A stretch of 64,000 nucleotides of DNA, from positions 186,001-250,000 of the forward strand of contig NW_026857770.1 in the NCBI RefSeq assembly GCF_026571515.1, given 5' to 3'. Both the position numbers and the translations under genes were made by a program. The notes under the pieces are model-generated. The model did no database searches and was not told where the DNA came from. It saw nothing but the letters and a program-made list of their open reading frames with translations. This DNA is from Ruditapes philippinarum. Taxonomy: Eukaryota. Positions 50,846-64,000 of the stretch are shown one piece after another (the first letter of the stretch is position 1; every line of letters starts with the position of its first letter).

Positions 50846-53345
50846 TCAATTGTTTTGCTGTTCATTGAGCTCACTGACCTCGTCTTCTGTGAATTTTCTT
50901 CTTTCTTTAAAACTCCATACATAGTGTTTGAAGCTCCATAACTTTTCCTTTTTCTTGTATACGAGGGCAACTGTGGCTAATACTAGTATACATACAATGC
51001 CAACCAGGGTAATAATTAGCCAAGAGTTATTGTCGGATGCTTCCCTAGCATGTTCTTGTAATGGCTCACTTGTGTAATCCTTGTCCTTGTTAATATTATT
51101 TGCAAGCTTATATTTGTGAAAAACTGCAAAACAGAGAAAAATATATACAAAACATATAATTGCAATTATCTAAAAAGCCTTAATATTTTTCTGTAAAAAT
51201 AAATAAAATCATACGATTTCCTTTGATATAATAAAGCAATTCTCAAACATCCACTTAAATCATGACATGATTACCTGGAGTGGTCCTTTTGAAACATTTA
51301 AGTCAGCAAAGTTACATGAAAATTGCAGACTCGGTTTGAATGGGTCTGTACATGATAAATAATGAAAAAGTGCTATATCCCTCAAGCGCCCTACCACTGG
51401 CTTGAGTGGAACTCAATTTTCAACACTTAAATGTGCTGGAATCAATGATCCGAAGGACCGGAAAAATAAAACAAAGCTGAAGTGAAGTACTTTTACAGCT
51501 GCCACAAGGGACTTGACACCTGCTGTTGTAGAAATATCTGAAAACTAAACAATTTTACTGTTGTTGTTTTTATGTTTGCTTTGTTTTGTTCGGTCAATTG
51601 ATGAATCAAATAACTTGACAGGTAAATATAAAAAATGAAATGTAAGTAGACATACATGGACACGCATAAAAGCAATACTCCGGTTGTACCTTGCAGGTAC
51701 TGGAACATATATATGTGCATGCATTACATCCTTTCCTGTCACTTGACCAGTACATGTCAGTGTCGCAGACAAATTTTGAATCTATAAAAGAAACCATGTA
51801 CAATGTGTTGTGTGTCAATATTTATCAATCTCTTTAGAAAAGAAAGTGAGAAGGTTGCTAAGTGTTTCAAGCAAATTATAAACAGCAATAAAAATTAAGA
51901 AACAACTTTTCTACTCATTTCCCAAATTAAAGTACTTTTATAATACTAATAATAATGTTCACCTTGACAGGACCTGGCCAGAATTATTTCCTTCGTTTTA
52001 TTGACATCTCCTGTTATACTGTCCAATGCGATAAAATAATTTTCATTGCTAGCAAATTTTAACCACGTGTGTGATCTATTTTCCGTTTGAATTTCACATA
52101 ACACAACAAACGTTTTCTTTTTCCGAAGCTCTTTAATACCATTGTTTCCTACATCGCGTATTACAGTTTTGCCATTAACTAGAAGATAAACAAGTTCTGC
52201 TTCACTAGAATTAGTCTTATGGTATAGTATTGCCTTTTGTATTTCTGTGTAAGGTAATGTATGATTCGATGCCGTTCCCGGCACATGATGTAAAATTTTG
52301 TCTCTCCAATTCGTAATTCTATCTTGTTTTCTAAACTGTAGTCTTATATCATCTTTAGCGCCAATTGTGACGATTGATACACTTGTGTTTTCAGGAAAGT
52401 CACTTATTAACACTACCAACAATCTTCTCTGTTGAAAAAAGGAATTATCTTCTCCGCTACCAGTGTACCATATGATAAGAGCGCTATACGGGTTACATGA
52501 TAATTTCTCATCGGCATCCTTAGTGCCTAAAAGAAAATTGCAAAATGTTTCTTTATTAATAAGCTAAACTAAACTAACTTGCAATAGATTCGAAATCTCA
52601 CATTATATTAAAAGATTATGAAAATCACCCCAATCTTTCTGTCTGTCAATTCTTGAAATCGCTAGTATTAATTTAGAATAATAATTTTGTTTACAAAATC
52701 AAAATTTAAGTGACTTGCCTTTATAAAACTTTGTGATATAGTTCTGAAGAATCGTGTTTGCAAGAAAACTGTTGTTAGGCGTATAAGTGGCACAAATTCA
52801 GAACTTAAATGTGTATTGGTCATACATAATAGTATTTCTGTTCACAGATAAACGTCAAATTTCGATTTGCTGAGTTACGGTAAACTTTAAGAATATTGTT
52901 ACCCCCTAATGATAACTAGACATACAGATTTACTAAATTCTTAAATAAACTGTATAACTTTTTAACTAGATCTGGGAATCTATGTTTAGTTAATGGAAAA
53001 CTAAGATTGTGCTATAAATAAAGATGTTGGGATCCTTAAAAATTGCACTTTTTTAAGAGAAAGTTTATATCCATATAAAACAGTAGTAGATTCTATTATA
53101 AGTTAGTTAGCAGTTCTTTTAAACGATTTATATGTAATAAGCATCAAAATAAATAAATGATAATTAACACTTTAAAAATGTTATAGAGATCTTGAGCTTT
53201 AGTTAGCGCCACGACATACGACTTTTTAAAAAGTTTCTTTTTGTTGAAAATTAACTAGTGGAAATAATGTACCTGAACTTATATTCATATTTCCTAAAGA
53301 AATTAAAATCACAACTGTTGTACCAATCAATACAGTAAACTCCAT
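50846..53345 (-). CDS. Type I receptor copy C (older paralog): signal peptide + vWA-like + TNFR-type CRD + TM + different short tail (346 aa)
   Basis: Exons 53273-53345 (MEFTVLIGTTVVILISLGNMNISS), 51963-52526 (564 nt), 51656-51781 (CDTDMYWSSDRKGCNACTYICSSTCKVQPEYCFYACP) and 50846-51123 (TM WLIITLVGIVCILVLATVALVY then KKKEK; TGA at 50846-50848). Confidence 0.8.
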
Positions 53346-54431
53346 TTTATCTAATAATATAGAAACTCCAAAAATATTGATTCGTAGCGGTTTAGGGATT
53401 TCATATACTAGTACCCAATTTCTATGTAGGATCTATTTTTAGTTATTACGCAAATGTTTTTTGAACTAATGTAATATAGGGTTGATAACGTGTTGACATT
53501 TGTGAACAATGTTTTGTTGATAAAGAAAATTTGTATCACTAATAAACAGTTTACTTACAAAGATACTTTATGTACTTTAAACGTATACATGTAATTAACC
53601 GTTTAAAGTTATGCAAATTAACCCACCCTCTTATTTATCAGTTTTATTAAATGCATGCGGTATGTAACATTTATTGCTTCAACAACTTTTCTATGAACCT
53701 TAATAAAAAAAAGCCATAATATCCCCTAAGTTTGCTACTTTTAGCTGCATGCCTTTTCCATATGATAAAATCAAGAATTGAAGTATGCTCACATGTATTT
53801 AAAGTTTTGTAAATCAGATATAAACAGCTTCCGGAATAAGTTTGCAAATCCGGGATTTTCGCAAACTCAGCTACCCTTTCTCAAGTAATTAGAGAATAAA
53901 TGAAAAGTTCAGTTAACAATGGGTATAGAGTTAAACAAAAACTGGTCTTTAAATTTCACATACCCCTAACAATGAGTGCTGGGGAGACAATCAAAGTTCA
54001 GTCCGCCATGAGGTTTTATCATTCTCCCACTGGAAGTTTGCTATCCCATATGGGGTTTTACCCCCATTCTATAAAAATGGGAGATAAAAATAATGGGAGA
54101 TTTAGAAAAATATAAGAATTAAATTTTATGCAAGAAAGCTATTATTGTAGTCTTCAAATACTTTATATAAAAACATAAAAAGTAATGTTTAAAAATTCGT
54201 TGCGGGACAAATCCAACAATGGCTGAAATCTCCCATCCTGATTATTGGGGAAAAGTCCCATGTTGATACATGGGAGAAAATCCCATTTCTAATAATGGGA
54301 GATAATTCCCATTCCTTGCAAATGGGAGAGTGTTCTATTTATTAGGTGTGGCGCTTATAACCTATAATATAAGATATACGAATAAAATCAAATCCAAAAA
54401 ACAAATAAAATGGCTGGGAATATGCAACAAA

Positions 54432-54950
54432 ATAATAATAATAATAATAATAATAGATAAATAAATAAATAATAATAATAATAATAATAATAATAATTAA
54501 AAAAATAATAATTCGTATTATCATAATAAAAAAAATTATCAAAGTAATATAATATTATTTTTTAAANNNNNNNNNNNNNNNNNNNNNNNNNNNNNNNNNN
54601 NNNNNNNNNNNNNNNNNNNNNNNNNNNNNNNNNNNNNNNNNNNNNNNNNNNNNNNNNNNNNNNNNNNNNNNNNNNNNNNNNNNNNNNNNNNNNNNNNNNN
54701 NNNNNNNNNNTGATAATAGTAAGAAGCAGAAGAAATAATAATAATTAATAAAAATAATAATAATAATAGTAATAATAATAAAAATAATAATAATGATAAA
54801 AATAATAATAATAAAAAAATAAAAATCATCATAATAACAATAATAATATTAATAAAAAAATAATGATAATAATATTAATGATTAATAATAATATTGATGA
54901 TAATAATATTAATAATAATGATAATAATAATAAGAAGAAGAAATAATAAT

Positions 54951-54982
<32 letters not shown>

Positions 54983-55050
54983 CTAATAATACTAATAATA
55001 CAAATAATAATAATACAAATAATAATAATAATATAAATGAAAATAATAAT
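54432..55050. repeat. Degenerate (TAA)n microsatellite spanning an assembly gap
   Basis: Seen directly; contains the N run at 54567-54710. Confidence 0.9.
54567..54710. other. Assembly gap
   Basis: Run of N. Confidence 1.
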
Positions 55051-56182
55051 TATAACAAAACAGGCATTGGCATTTTATCTTGGAATATGACAGGAATGAA
55101 TGCAGGAAAGTATCATATGTAACGATATAATCACCAAAATACATTTAAATTAAAAACAATCCAAAATGCTTGGATGTACTCTTCGCCGGTATCCTGTCTG
55201 TATTTTTCTGTCTCATCCAGTCTATTTTTGACATTCAAATAATTCCACATGCTAAATGGCAAGTCTCTCCTGGTTTTGAAGTATATAACTTATTTGATTT
55301 CATTAAATATAAATACCGCGGTAAGGTTTTTTTTTTCGACAAACAAACAATATGTTGATCACTTCGTTTAGTTGTAATAATAACCTTATAGAAAACAAAT
55401 TTTTAATATTATTCATATAATGGATAAAACCAAGCAGTTCCAATAAAGGAAATTGTTTCATTTTTCTATTGTTATCTTTGTCGGATGAAAAAATAGTACT
55501 GAATTTTTTTTCAAAACAAACAAACAAAAATAAACATTATTTATAAGATTAAACGGTAATATATTCAAATGGTAATCTAACCGGTGTCATACAGATTTTT
55601 AAGATGTAGCGATTAAGTAATAAGGGATGAAAACAAGTGTGCCGTAAGGCGTGCGTAGCATAAAGCCATACAAGTAGTTATTTTGTATCAAATATAAACA
55701 TGCAGTCATTGAAAATTGACATAACGCCGCCTGTCAATCAAGCTGCCAGGGGCCACGTAGATAAGCCAATCAGCGATCGTCATCAGTTTCACGCGAAGAT
55801 GCCTGCGAAGTCCACCATTTACCTAAGACAAGCTTCCTGTCCATTTAATTTTATGTTAATTTAGAGCTATTTAATTAGTACATTAATAAAGTTACCAAAT
55901 AAACTGGCATATTGACGGACCGAGTAAGTTTGTTTATTACACAAAAAGTCAATAAATTTCTACATATGGAAATCAATATATAAAAGCTACGCATTATAAA
56001 AAATCAGTGTTTTTATTCATACCGATTTTACCTGTGCATTTTGGCTGGGACATACGATTACTGGGACATACGATAAGTTATCGTATATCCCAGTTATCGT
56101 ATATCCAGATTTTGGCATCAATATTAAACGGTATCATATATGCTTTACAGTAAATCAAACTGTGAAAAGAGACATAATAAAC

Positions 56183-59100
56183 AATTCAATTCAATTCAAA
56201 TATCTTTATTCACCCAGGTATTAATAAAATACATAAGGGGTTTACAAAATAATATTTTACAATATATATGTTCCGGTTGTAAAGTCCTGAAAAGATAATG
56301 CAGTATCAATAGTCATTTAGTCATTATTAAACATAATTATAAAAAATAATATACATTTTTTAAATTAATGTTTTAAAGAAAGAAATGTAAATCAAACTGT
56401 GAAAGAGACATAAAAAACAAATCAGACAGTTACTGTTTCGTAACCGCTCAGTTAGCGATTTACACACAACATAACATATCATAATCTTTATTTCTCTCAA
56501 TTCATGTATACATGCAAATATGAGGAATTTACAATAAATTATATAATCATACGAGGCACACAAAAGGTGACAAACAAAACATGCTTATCAGTAATTACAA
56601 AATAAGAACTAATGTAATATAAATAACATAAGTATTTTCAGTGAATAGTTAAGTTCTTATCTTTTCAATAATACATTTAACAAATTTACACAATTTGAGA
56701 AATTCAGATTTGTTTTTAGTACACATAAGATTTTCTAATTTAAAAATGTTTGGCCGTTGATAATATACTTTTTTTCAAAAATCGTTTTCTTTCTACGTTA
56801 AATTGACAACATTCAAGTAAATAATGAAATTCGTCACCAATTTTATTTTGACAATTAGGACAAAATCTTTGGTTAATTGGAGTACTGGACCAATTACCAG
56901 TTTCTATTGGAAATCGATGATTTCTTGTTCGAAATTTAATAAAATGGTACAGTAATGAACTATCTAAATTAACCAAGTACGATTCAAATCCAAATGTTCT
57001 TTTAATTACTCTATAAAACATACTGTTACTCGAATTTTCAATTTAAGAATACCACTCATTTAAAAAAAGATCTTTTAACTTTTGTTTAACAGAAAGTTTG
57101 AGCCACTCAGATTTTGTAAATGTGTTGTCGAGCCACACTTGTGACAGACCACATTTGATTAAAATAGTTTTGACATTAAAAAACCATGGGAATTTCTTTT
57201 TAAGCAAATTATCACTTAAACCATCTGTTGAGTGTAGTAAGCTATTATAGACAAGAATTGACAATTTATTATTAACGTTAACACCGTCGTTTTTGCATAC
57301 TAATTTTGACCAGAATGATATTATCCTTTCTTCGATGTCAATAGCTAGAGGCACACAACCGGTTTCTCCATAAACAAAATAATTTGCTGTTGACTTTTTA
57401 ATTTAAGAATAATTTTTAAAAACCTTAGTTGTACTCGCTCAATAATGTCGAGATTACCAAATCCCCAAATTTCTACACCGTACAGTAAAATCGGCTTAAT
57501 TGTTTTGTTAAATAATTCAATTTGTAAATCTATTGGAAGATTGAGACGATTAGATTGTTTTACTAAACTATACATGGCTCTTGTAGCTTGGCTTGCGATA
57601 TGTTTTTTACATTTTAGAAAAGAACCTGTTTTACTAAAATAAATTCCAAGATATTTGTACTCATTTACTGCCTCGATAGGTTCGTTTTTGAAAGTAAAAT
57701 TATACATTTGTTGTCTACCTTTAGAAAATCAAAGCACTGAATGTACTGATGGGGAGGCTATGACAGAATGTTTCAGACTTATAGTTTCTTTTCTTTTTGC
57801 TTAAAATGTGCTGTTATTTCAATTATTACCAAAATAAGAAGATATGCACATTGTGTCATTTATCCTTACTGGTTGTGTTCAACCATTCATATATATGGTT
57901 AATATGGCTGACTATTCATTTTGTTAATATTCCAGAACATTTCATTGAGGTCTACATTCGGACTGCTAATCCTGCAAATTTTGAAAAACCTAAACTGTCA
58001 ATAATAAATGACATACCAGAAAGTATGACGACTGTTCATTATAAGATAACACTAACATTTTACAACTGACTGTTCCTTATCAAAATATTCTAGGACTGTT
58101 CATCATAAATACTTTATGTCATTTTAATATCATTGAATGATAATAACAACTGCAAGTTATGCAACATTTTTATTTCACATAAACATTATACATATTTACA
58201 TGTCATGTACCATAATTGAGATCAATCAGATACTGTCTTGTGATGAGTATTAATATCCATGCTATACGGACAGAAAGATGTCTTCTTCCGAAGCAAATCT
58301 GGAATAAAATCACGTTTCAGAAAATTATTCCCATTTCATTACTCGTCGCTGACTTTGACGGCTTCGGATATTTATTAAAACTAAATATTTCTTGAAAAAA
58401 TACATATCTGCAAAGCTTATTCAAAATTGAATCAACCTAAGTGAAAATTGATCAGGAAGTTATATCTTCTTTTTTTACCGCCAACACTCAACCAGCTTAT
58501 GGTAGTTAATAGATAGATTCTACATGTATTTTTTAAACCTCACTAGCTTGAAATATAACTGCGGAAAATCTATTGTTAACAGGATGTGCGGTTATTACGT
58601 AGGGTTTTCCCTGTCGACCATTTCCCGCAAATAGATGAGAACATCGAAGCGTCAGTGCTATGAATGGTGTTATAATTTATAAATAGCGTGTTTTTGAAGT
58701 TTTTTGTTGAAACTTCTCCAAATCCCTCCAGAGGCGTGCACGTCGCGGAGAAGGCACACGGCAGGTCAAGGTCAAGTCATCTCAAGTACCAGAAGTGATT
58801 GGTTGACCTGTCGTGACTTACTCTGGAGGTTTGGCGCTAATGAATGCCGTTTTTGTTGTCGTCAGTCAGGAAGTTGATGCCTTGCCAGTATTGTCGTCTC
58901 CTTTACCACCAAACGAACGAAGAATGGGCTACCAGGAAGATTCGGCTTGAAAAAGACTTCCCCGATGCTATAATCTCGGACATATGGTTATCCGGCCCCG
59001 AGTATAAATAAACTTAAAACACACACACTTTTGTTGAAAACAAAACAAAAAAACAACAACAACACATTTTCTGTAGTATTTTTTCAAGTGTTGTAAAATG

Positions 59101-62100
59101 AATACGAAATTCCTCTTATGCCGCCGATTATTTTTAGAACACAAACATATAAGTTTTTTTATTTGATTTATTCAAATAAACATTAATCACTTCAGCGCCC
59201 GCAAATATCGTTTTCAAATTAAAGTTTCGTAAGATATGTTGATGAATTTCCCGATGCTAAACTGTAAGTCATTCGTATATATATGCGTTTTTTGTTGTTT
59301 TTTGTTGTTGTTTTTTAAGCCTCTTATTCTTTAATATTTTTTATGTATCTCATAATCTGTATTGAAAATTTGAATTTTATTACACATGGACTATCAAATT
59401 ATGATGCGTTGCCCTAGAATTGAATAAACTTTCTAATTACACAATAAGGATCATTCATTTGATTGAAGACTGATCTTTGCGTCTTTCTCTGAAATAATTA
59501 TTTCCTTGTTAAAACATATTTGACCACATATTTCTGTCATTTAACTGTTCACTTTACAGCTATATGATATAGCGGTTTATGAGCGTTTTCCGCGTACAGC
59601 CTCCTAGGGTGTACTAATAAGTTAGTTTTCCTTACTTATCACGCAAGCACGATCCATGTCTCTGATGTAAGCGACAATTTACCATTATTTGTCTTTAAAA
59701 AATATTAAAGACTATTAATGGTTTATATCAACAAAAGAACATGCATGATATTGAGACTACAGTGTTGCAACGTTCTAGTTAATGACCCGTCATAAACAGT
59801 TGGTCGCTGCGTAGTAATTGGAAAATTGTTTTCAAAAATAATAAAGAATATTTGCCACCTAATTAAAGCATTTACTTATAAATTTTCGTTTATGCTTTTT
59901 GTTAAAAAATTATTGATAAAGTTATTATGTAGAAGGGTTTTCATACCAGAACTATTTATTACAGACGTACGTATGCCTAAACCTGATTACTGCGGCAGTA
60001 TGACGTCACGGAGTAGTAATTTTGAAAAAATAACAAACAAAAATCAAGAATTTTTCAGAGAATTATTATCTGATATGAAATAAAAGAATGAAAATATTTT
60101 CATATTGTAAATGTCTGTGATGAGTGATGAGTCAGCTTAGAAAAAATCAAGGTACTATTTTTTGACCTGATTACCGCGGCAGTAAGATTTGACGGACGGT
60201 ATTAACATTGGGTCGGCATAGCCTCCCCAAAAACTACGATTTTTGTCTTTGACGTATTAACCTTAAGTTTCCAAGTATCACAGTATTGTTCATATATATT
60301 TAATGCTTTTTGTAAACCATCTACTGTTTCTGATATTATTACCGTGTCGTCAGCATAGAGTAATATAAATAATTTTAAAAGACAGAAAAGCTCATTTGTA
60401 TTACTTCCATTTACCAATGTTATTCCATGTACATTACTGTTATTTAAAAATACGATTCTAGATCGTTTAAAAATAGTGAAAATAGCAATGGCGATAAATT
60501 TTCTCCTTGTCGTACACCTATATTACAAGGAAAAAAAATAGAAAAACAAGAATTTACCTTAACAAATGACTTAATGTTACTGTACAAATTTTTAATGACC
60601 TGAAAACATTTTCCATTAATATTTGAGTTTATCAGTTTTTCCCATAAACCATTTCTCCAAACTGTGTCAAATGCTTGTTTAAGATCAATAAAGGAGCAAA
60701 AAAGCTTTTTCCATTGTTATTAAGATAATGAATAATGTGTTGCAAAACAAATAAATGATCTGAAGTAGAAAATCCTTTCCTAAAACCTGCCTGTACATTG
60801 TTAATTATTTCATTAGATTCAACATAATCAGTTATTCTTTTATTTAAAATACATGTAAAAACTTTACCTAAACAACTTAACAAAGTTATAGGCCTATAAT
60901 TTCCAGGGTCAGATTTGTCCCCTTTGTTTTTATATATTGGGTTTGAATATACCAATAGTCCATGATTCAGGAATTATACCGGTATTTAATATTAGGTTAA
61001 AAAGTTTAACATATATTGTTTTCATTAATGGAAATGTTGCTTTAAGGTGTTCATTTACTACATTGTCATATCCACTGGCTTTATTATTTTTAAGGGTTTT
61101 GATTGCATACTCAATTTCATTGTCTGTGATTGGAACATTAATCTGTTCGTTACTTTCATTTACTTCATTAGAATTTGGTCTATCTATAATTTCATCACTT
61201 TCATCATTTTTAAAATTTACACTTTTAAAAAAATTATAAAGGTCAGTTAGGTCAGCCTCGCAATTTTGTTTTGTTTTTTTTTTGTTTAAAATTTTCCAAT
61301 AGTTTCTTGGGTCTTTACCTTTAAGATTTCGTAATTTACTTATACTTTCTTTTTTCTCATTTTTATAAAATTGTTTTAACGTGCCTTTATATATTTTTGC
61401 GTTTTGTTTCAAGTTTTCCTTTGTAGTTTCGTTTTTTCTTAATTTATAAAGATGCTTTGCAGTGTGAAAATTTTTTCTAGTCTTTTTGCATTTAGGTCCA
61501 AACCAAGGTTTGGAATTATTAGTTATTTTTTTGTTATTAATATCTTTTATTTTTGTATGTCCAAAAATTTCACGGGACGTATTTGAAAATAATGACGATA
61601 TGGTTTCAGTTATTATGTCAGCATTTTTTTGAGTGAAATTATTATTGACTTCAAAGTTATCTAATGCTTCATTAATGTTTTGTATTTCATTAACATCTAT
61701 CTTATTTAAAAACTAATTTGTTTTAGTGCTATCCCAAAGTTTTATGGTAGGTTTCTCCATTTGTACACTACATTTCCTCAATTTAAAGCTTAATTTAAGT
61801 ACCACAGGGTTATGTACGTTTGACATTAAGGGACAAAAGTCTAACACATTAAGAGACACAATTGGCTTAAAACAGTTTGAATTACAGATAAAATAATCAA
61901 CAGTTCTTGTGCCTTTACACGTTGTTTTCCCCGGAATATCCATATTTGTTCTACCGTTTAAAATGTATAGACAATTAAGTTTTAAAAAATCGAGTAATTG
62001 GGATCCATAGTTGTTAGACGTTTTGTCACTATTTATACGGGTCCGTTTAACATTAACTGCCGAGTCGAACATACTCATCTCAATATTATATTCTGAACAA

Positions 62101-62755
62101 AATAGATAAATACAGAATCCCTAAAGAAAGCCCAACACGGCAAAATTGAAAATGTTGCAGGCTCGGTTTGATTGAGCCTGTTCATGGACAGTACTGGAAT
62201 GTGCAAGTTACCGTCCACGCCCCCTAGCACCGGCTTAAGCAGAATTCAACATTTAAACATGAAATAGTAATTTTTTAAATTTAGAAACATCCGCAGATGT
62301 GTTCATTCGGCGGTTATCATGGAACCTTCAATGTGACACTTCAGTGCCATTCCATGAAAAGCGGCGTATGGTCCCCAAGTAATAAAAAGCGTGTGCCCTA
62401 AACGAGAAAACAAAGTTCTTCTAAATTTTGACTTTCAAAAAAATCTGTGTCAAGTATAATTTAATCATCTAAAGATTTAGTTCTGCTATTGAAATCTCCA
62501 AATAGACGAAATGAGTCATATTTATCAATAAAATTACTATAATCGTTCTGTATCTTTAAAACGGGGTCCTCAACTGAATACTCTGAATATTCGGGTGGTA
62601 TATAAATAACACCACACAATAGATCATTATCTGTTTTACATATTGATTTTGACACAGTAAACCATAACACCAATTTACAATCTGTTTCTATGATCTTAAC
62701 GTATTTTGAAATATCTTTTCTGACAAATAATGCTAAACCAATTGACAATTGCAAG
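56183..62755 (-). mobile_element. Degenerate RTE-X-like LINE (APE + RT + C-terminal CCHC), split by insertions
   Basis: APE pieces (GVIYIPP, FGDFNSRT, VDYF, SNVHNPV) at 61713-62754. RT pieces (NYRPITLLSCLGK, QAGFRKGFSTSDH, LYADDT) at 60202-61412. C-terminal KYLG, PILLYGVEIWG and ETGNW..C..C..DEFHYLLEC at 56740-57707. (TTGAA)n tail near 56183-56198. Confidence 0.85.
57751..60228. mobile_element. Non-autonomous TIR DNA transposon (about 2.5 kb) inserted into the RTE-X-like LINE
   Basis: Terminal inverted repeats ggggaggctatg (57751) and catagcctcccc (ending 60228). The LINE frame KTKIVVF|SKGRQQMYN resumes across it, apart from about 20 extra nt at the left junction. Confidence 0.7.
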
Positions 62756-64000
62756 GTTATTCACACCTTCGATGTCCGGTATTGTCAGAGTAATTATCTA
62801 TATAATTGATAGTATGTATGTAGGAATATATAATGAATCTGCCAGTGTTATGTTTTTGCTTGACAATTATACATATATGTTTGACATTAAACTGTACTTT
62901 TATAATTATATTGGACAATACTGTCCATAGTACAATCATATTGCCATATTTATCAGGTTTAGATGTCATCTAAATTAAGATAGTGTAGAGTGATATTTTC
63001 GTTACAAAAACAGTTAAAAAAAACTATAATGCTATGTATCATAATCCTTTTTACCTTTAAAACGTTCTTAATCTATTACCATATTACCATTCCTCCCATT
63101 TCGAAAAACATATCTGTTGAATGTACATTTCCTCTCAGTCAAGCGATGCATATAGGTATATAAGATCTTCATTGAAAAATGAAATGGCATTAGAGTAAGT
63201 AAAATGTTTACTGTGAAGAAAGTGATGTTTTAGGAGAGACATAGAGAGGAATGATCGACTTATAAGTTTATGTCTAGTTTTGTTATCTTTTGTCAAAGTA
63301 AAAATTAAATCCGTAAATAATCGAAAAATAAATTATGACAATCTAAGCTTAATTAAAAAATTGACATTGACAGTCCAGGTCATATTTGATATACTTTACA
63401 TGCCATTTTTGTTATAAGCTTCAAATCAATAAATAAAATAAAAAAGATATGGCCAATTGTTGCGAAATTCATGAAATGTCAAATTAAGGTCTATGGTAAG
63501 TTCAATAAAATCTTCTATGTCTTGTCCAAAAGATTGTTGTGCTCGGGTATGTAGACAATCCATATGACACTTTAATATGCATAGTACAATATAGCAAGTA
63601 AAATTTAAATTACAATAATATGACCTTCAAGGTTTAGGTCATTTACGAGTCATATTGGGTTTGGTCATTTTAAGACATTATCCTTAAGGTTGATATGCTT
63701 AAATATGAAGACTTGCTTTTCATAAAAAAGCAAGCAAAATGATAACCAATTATAGCAAAAAAAAATAAGAATTATTCAATAAAATTGACATTTATGGTAA
63801 ATTTCATTCATGAGTGAAGGTCATGATCAAAAGTTTTTTTGTAGAGTAGGGAAAATAAGAATTCCTTAAGAAAGCCCGACACAGCAAAATTGAAACATGT
63901 TACAGGCTCGGTTTAATTGAGCCTGTTCATGGACGGTAGGTCTTGTCTTCGATATTGTTTCCAATGTAGAAGACAAACCATTCATAAGGCCAATTATAAA

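Noticed and set aside
50758-50970. ORF MPSYTRKRK... as the tail of receptor C
   Set aside because: Wrong frame. The phase-1 acceptor at 51123 gives the frame containing the TM helix, which stops at 50846-50848.
54342-54832. Poly-Ile/Leu/Tyr ORFs
   Set aside because: They arise from the (TAA)n repeat and an N gap.

Overview
AT-rich, intron-rich animal genomic DNA. The repeat content (HINE-like tandem elements, palindromic MITEs, tRNA-SINEs, RTE-X-like and CR1/L2-like LINEs) suggests a mollusc, probably a bivalve; this is an inference. Splicing the exons by hand gives four main components. (1) An 18-exon divergent mucolipin/TRPML-like channel gene on the minus strand (3765-16991). It has a QGDE pore motif, two 22-nt microexons, a GA-type donor and apparent lesions (one in-frame TGA, two +1 frameshifts). 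(2) A divergently transcribed 4-TM, MS4A/CD20-like membrane protein gene with a PSAP/PPxY-rich tail (22476-25178, 5' end unresolved). (3) A tandem cluster of three intact 4-exon genes on the minus strand (26435-29587, 37375-40497, 50846-53345). Each encodes signal peptide + MIDAS-degenerate vWA-like domain + one TACI/BCMA/Grindelwald-type TNF-receptor cysteine-rich domain + TM helix + short tail without a death domain. Orphan leader-exon relics of further copies lie nearby. This receptor architecture is the most likely undescribed system in the window. (4) A tandem segmental duplication with a LINE at its junction, many nested transposons, two assembly gaps and two low-quality consensus patches.
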